A DNA stretch of 64,000 nt, taken from the NCBI GenBank assembly GCA_046563655.1, contig CM102289.1, forward strand, positions 8,494,001 through 8,558,000, in the 5' to 3' direction. This stretch comes from Yuukianura sp. NJ FZ-2021. Its lineage: Eukaryota. The translations under genes were made by a program, and so were the position numbers. Positions 62,260 through 64,000 of this stretch are shown here, one piece after another; within the stretch, counting starts at the first letter, position 1, and every line of letters starts with the position of its first letter. Under the pieces are notes generated by a model. It saw only the letters and a list, made by a program, of their open reading frames with translations. It ran no database searches and was not told the DNA's origin.

Positions 62260-64000
62260 TTAGATTCCCTCCAGGTAGGATTTTTCTGAAATTGCAAAAG
62301 AAAAATTTTAGAATCACGCAACAAAATTTTTGGATGAAATTTTTTTAAAATTTAAAATTTCTTACCCCAAACAGTTACAGTTGGTGAAACCAAGCCGCCA
62401 GAATTGCGTTTTGATTTGTACAGAATCCCGACTGCCACCAATGGTCGCCGTCTATTTCTGTCAATATGTTGGACCGACTGTATGTCAATAAACGGAACGA
62501 CAGATTGACCTGCGTCTTTTTCCAACGAAGTTGCGTCAAATTCAATGAATTCGGAATTTGTCGGAACGTTAAACGGTTGGGACGGTCCATGTTGACGCAG
62601 CGGAGAACAGGCTTCGCTCAAGTCCACTTTTTTTCTTGGTACGACAGGAGTTGGATGTTTTGGTGAACGCCATTCCGTTATGGGTGGATTAGTGACTCCA
62701 TGTTTGTCAATTTTGACAAATTGGACGTCAAGTTCGAGCCGATCTTCTTCCAGTCGAAATCGAACGCCACTCACAACTTCACCTAAATGACCTTGCACAA
62801 TGTCCAAATTCATTTTACGAAATCCAGTTGACCCCAGAGGAATTGCACCTTTGGGAACTTCTTTGTCTGGATGTGATTTCCAAACTAACTTTGCATCGTC
62901 AACTGATCCTTCCCATGGATCCGTCAGAAAACCTTGTTCAACCTGGAAATATAATTAATTAAAATTGTATTATATTAAAATACGTTTTTTGTGTTGTAAT
63001 GATTGAAATATTTACGATTAGCCGCATAGTTTGTCCAGTTTGTTCAAATTTGACTCCGGTCACAATGTATCCTTTGTCTACATCGGCCAATGACTCGGCA
63101 GGGTCAAAGTAGTGTTGACCTTCTTTGGTCAATGGATCGTTGCAGACGCAGAGACAAAGTTCGCAGTACTGCGGAGTGTTCAAAATGACGTTTTCTTCCA
63201 TCGCCCAGCGTTCCTTGGCAACCAGCACTTCGCCTTCGCAGTGTGATTTGGTGGGGTCAACGGCCTCTGGTTCTAAAAAATGAAACATGTCCATGCATAT
63301 TTTTGACAATTTCAATTGTTTTTTAACAATAATTTCATATTATCTGAATCATTTTAACTAATTTTTTTTTTAGAAAAAAAATGTTTTTTTTACTTACCCG
63401 CGGTTGCGTTTCCTTTTGCACCACAAGCGGAGCCTGAGCCAACTTCTTTCCCGTTCAAATTCAACCATTCATATAATCTTCCAGAGTCTGGCTTGCCTTC
63501 GCAAATGGACACTTTTGGAGCAGCCCGAACACACTGAACAATAAAAGATAATAAAATATAATATAATATGATATAATATAATATCTAACATATAATAAAC
63601 ATAATAATATATCTTAAACGATTTCATACCCTTCTAGCTTTTGTAGGGCAATTTGACATCTTCATGCAGTTTTTGCCTGGTTCGCAATGCGATTGCCGGT
63701 AGAGGTCGCAATGTGTCGTTTTGTTTGTGCATGTTGGAGTATTCCCGTGGTAGTCCATACAAGTTCCCAAACACTTTCCAAATGGATTCAAAACCAACTC
63801 GGACTCCAAGTACCCCTAGAAAATTTTCAAAATTTTTATAAATCTTGAATTTTGAAATTAAACTGAACAAATTCCACTAAAAACTCACGCCAAATGCTCC
63901 AGCAAACTGGGCCGTCGTAGTTGGATCAAAAAGTGGCGTTCTGGTGTCAATGTATCCCGGATTGGAGTCGTTAGCGGTTGGCGGTCCTCCTTGCGGATCT
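62260..64000 (-). CDS. Second tandem DUF4803-family paralogue (3' part; 5' end lies beyond the window)
   Basis: Same exon structure and motifs as 57766-59377 (GYLESELVLNPFGKCLGTC, TPQYCELCLCVCNDPLT, KDAGQSVVPFID). Last exon ends EKSYLEGI* at 62260. Confidence 0.85.

Overview
Eukaryotic, intron-rich arthropod DNA. The gene set and intron style suggest a springtail-like hexapod, which is an inference. Hand-spliced genes, in order: MAIP1 (+); Cdc34/UBE2R (-); a complete flamingo/starry night (CELSR) gene of about 20 kb (+); a clan-3 cytochrome P450 lacking the I-helix Thr (+); a stand-alone protein of two filamin repeats (-); a ~880-aa disordered tail-anchored membrane protein (+); and two tandem DUF4803-type secreted protein genes (-), the second running off the window. 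Mobile DNA includes several intronic MITEs, two of which share unusual asymmetric ends and 8-bp TSDs, and a DINE-1/Helentron-like element rich in AGGTCA direct repeats. The highlight is a very young 3.8-kb LTR retroelement (49475-53251, minus strand). It has no recognisable protease, RT or integrase, yet keeps an open gag, a U_UUA_AAC slippery site with a predicted H-type pseudoknot, and a ~540-codon -1-frame ORF made of an RNase H remnant plus repeated novel sequence. All exon boundaries were derived by eye and need RNA-seq confirmation.
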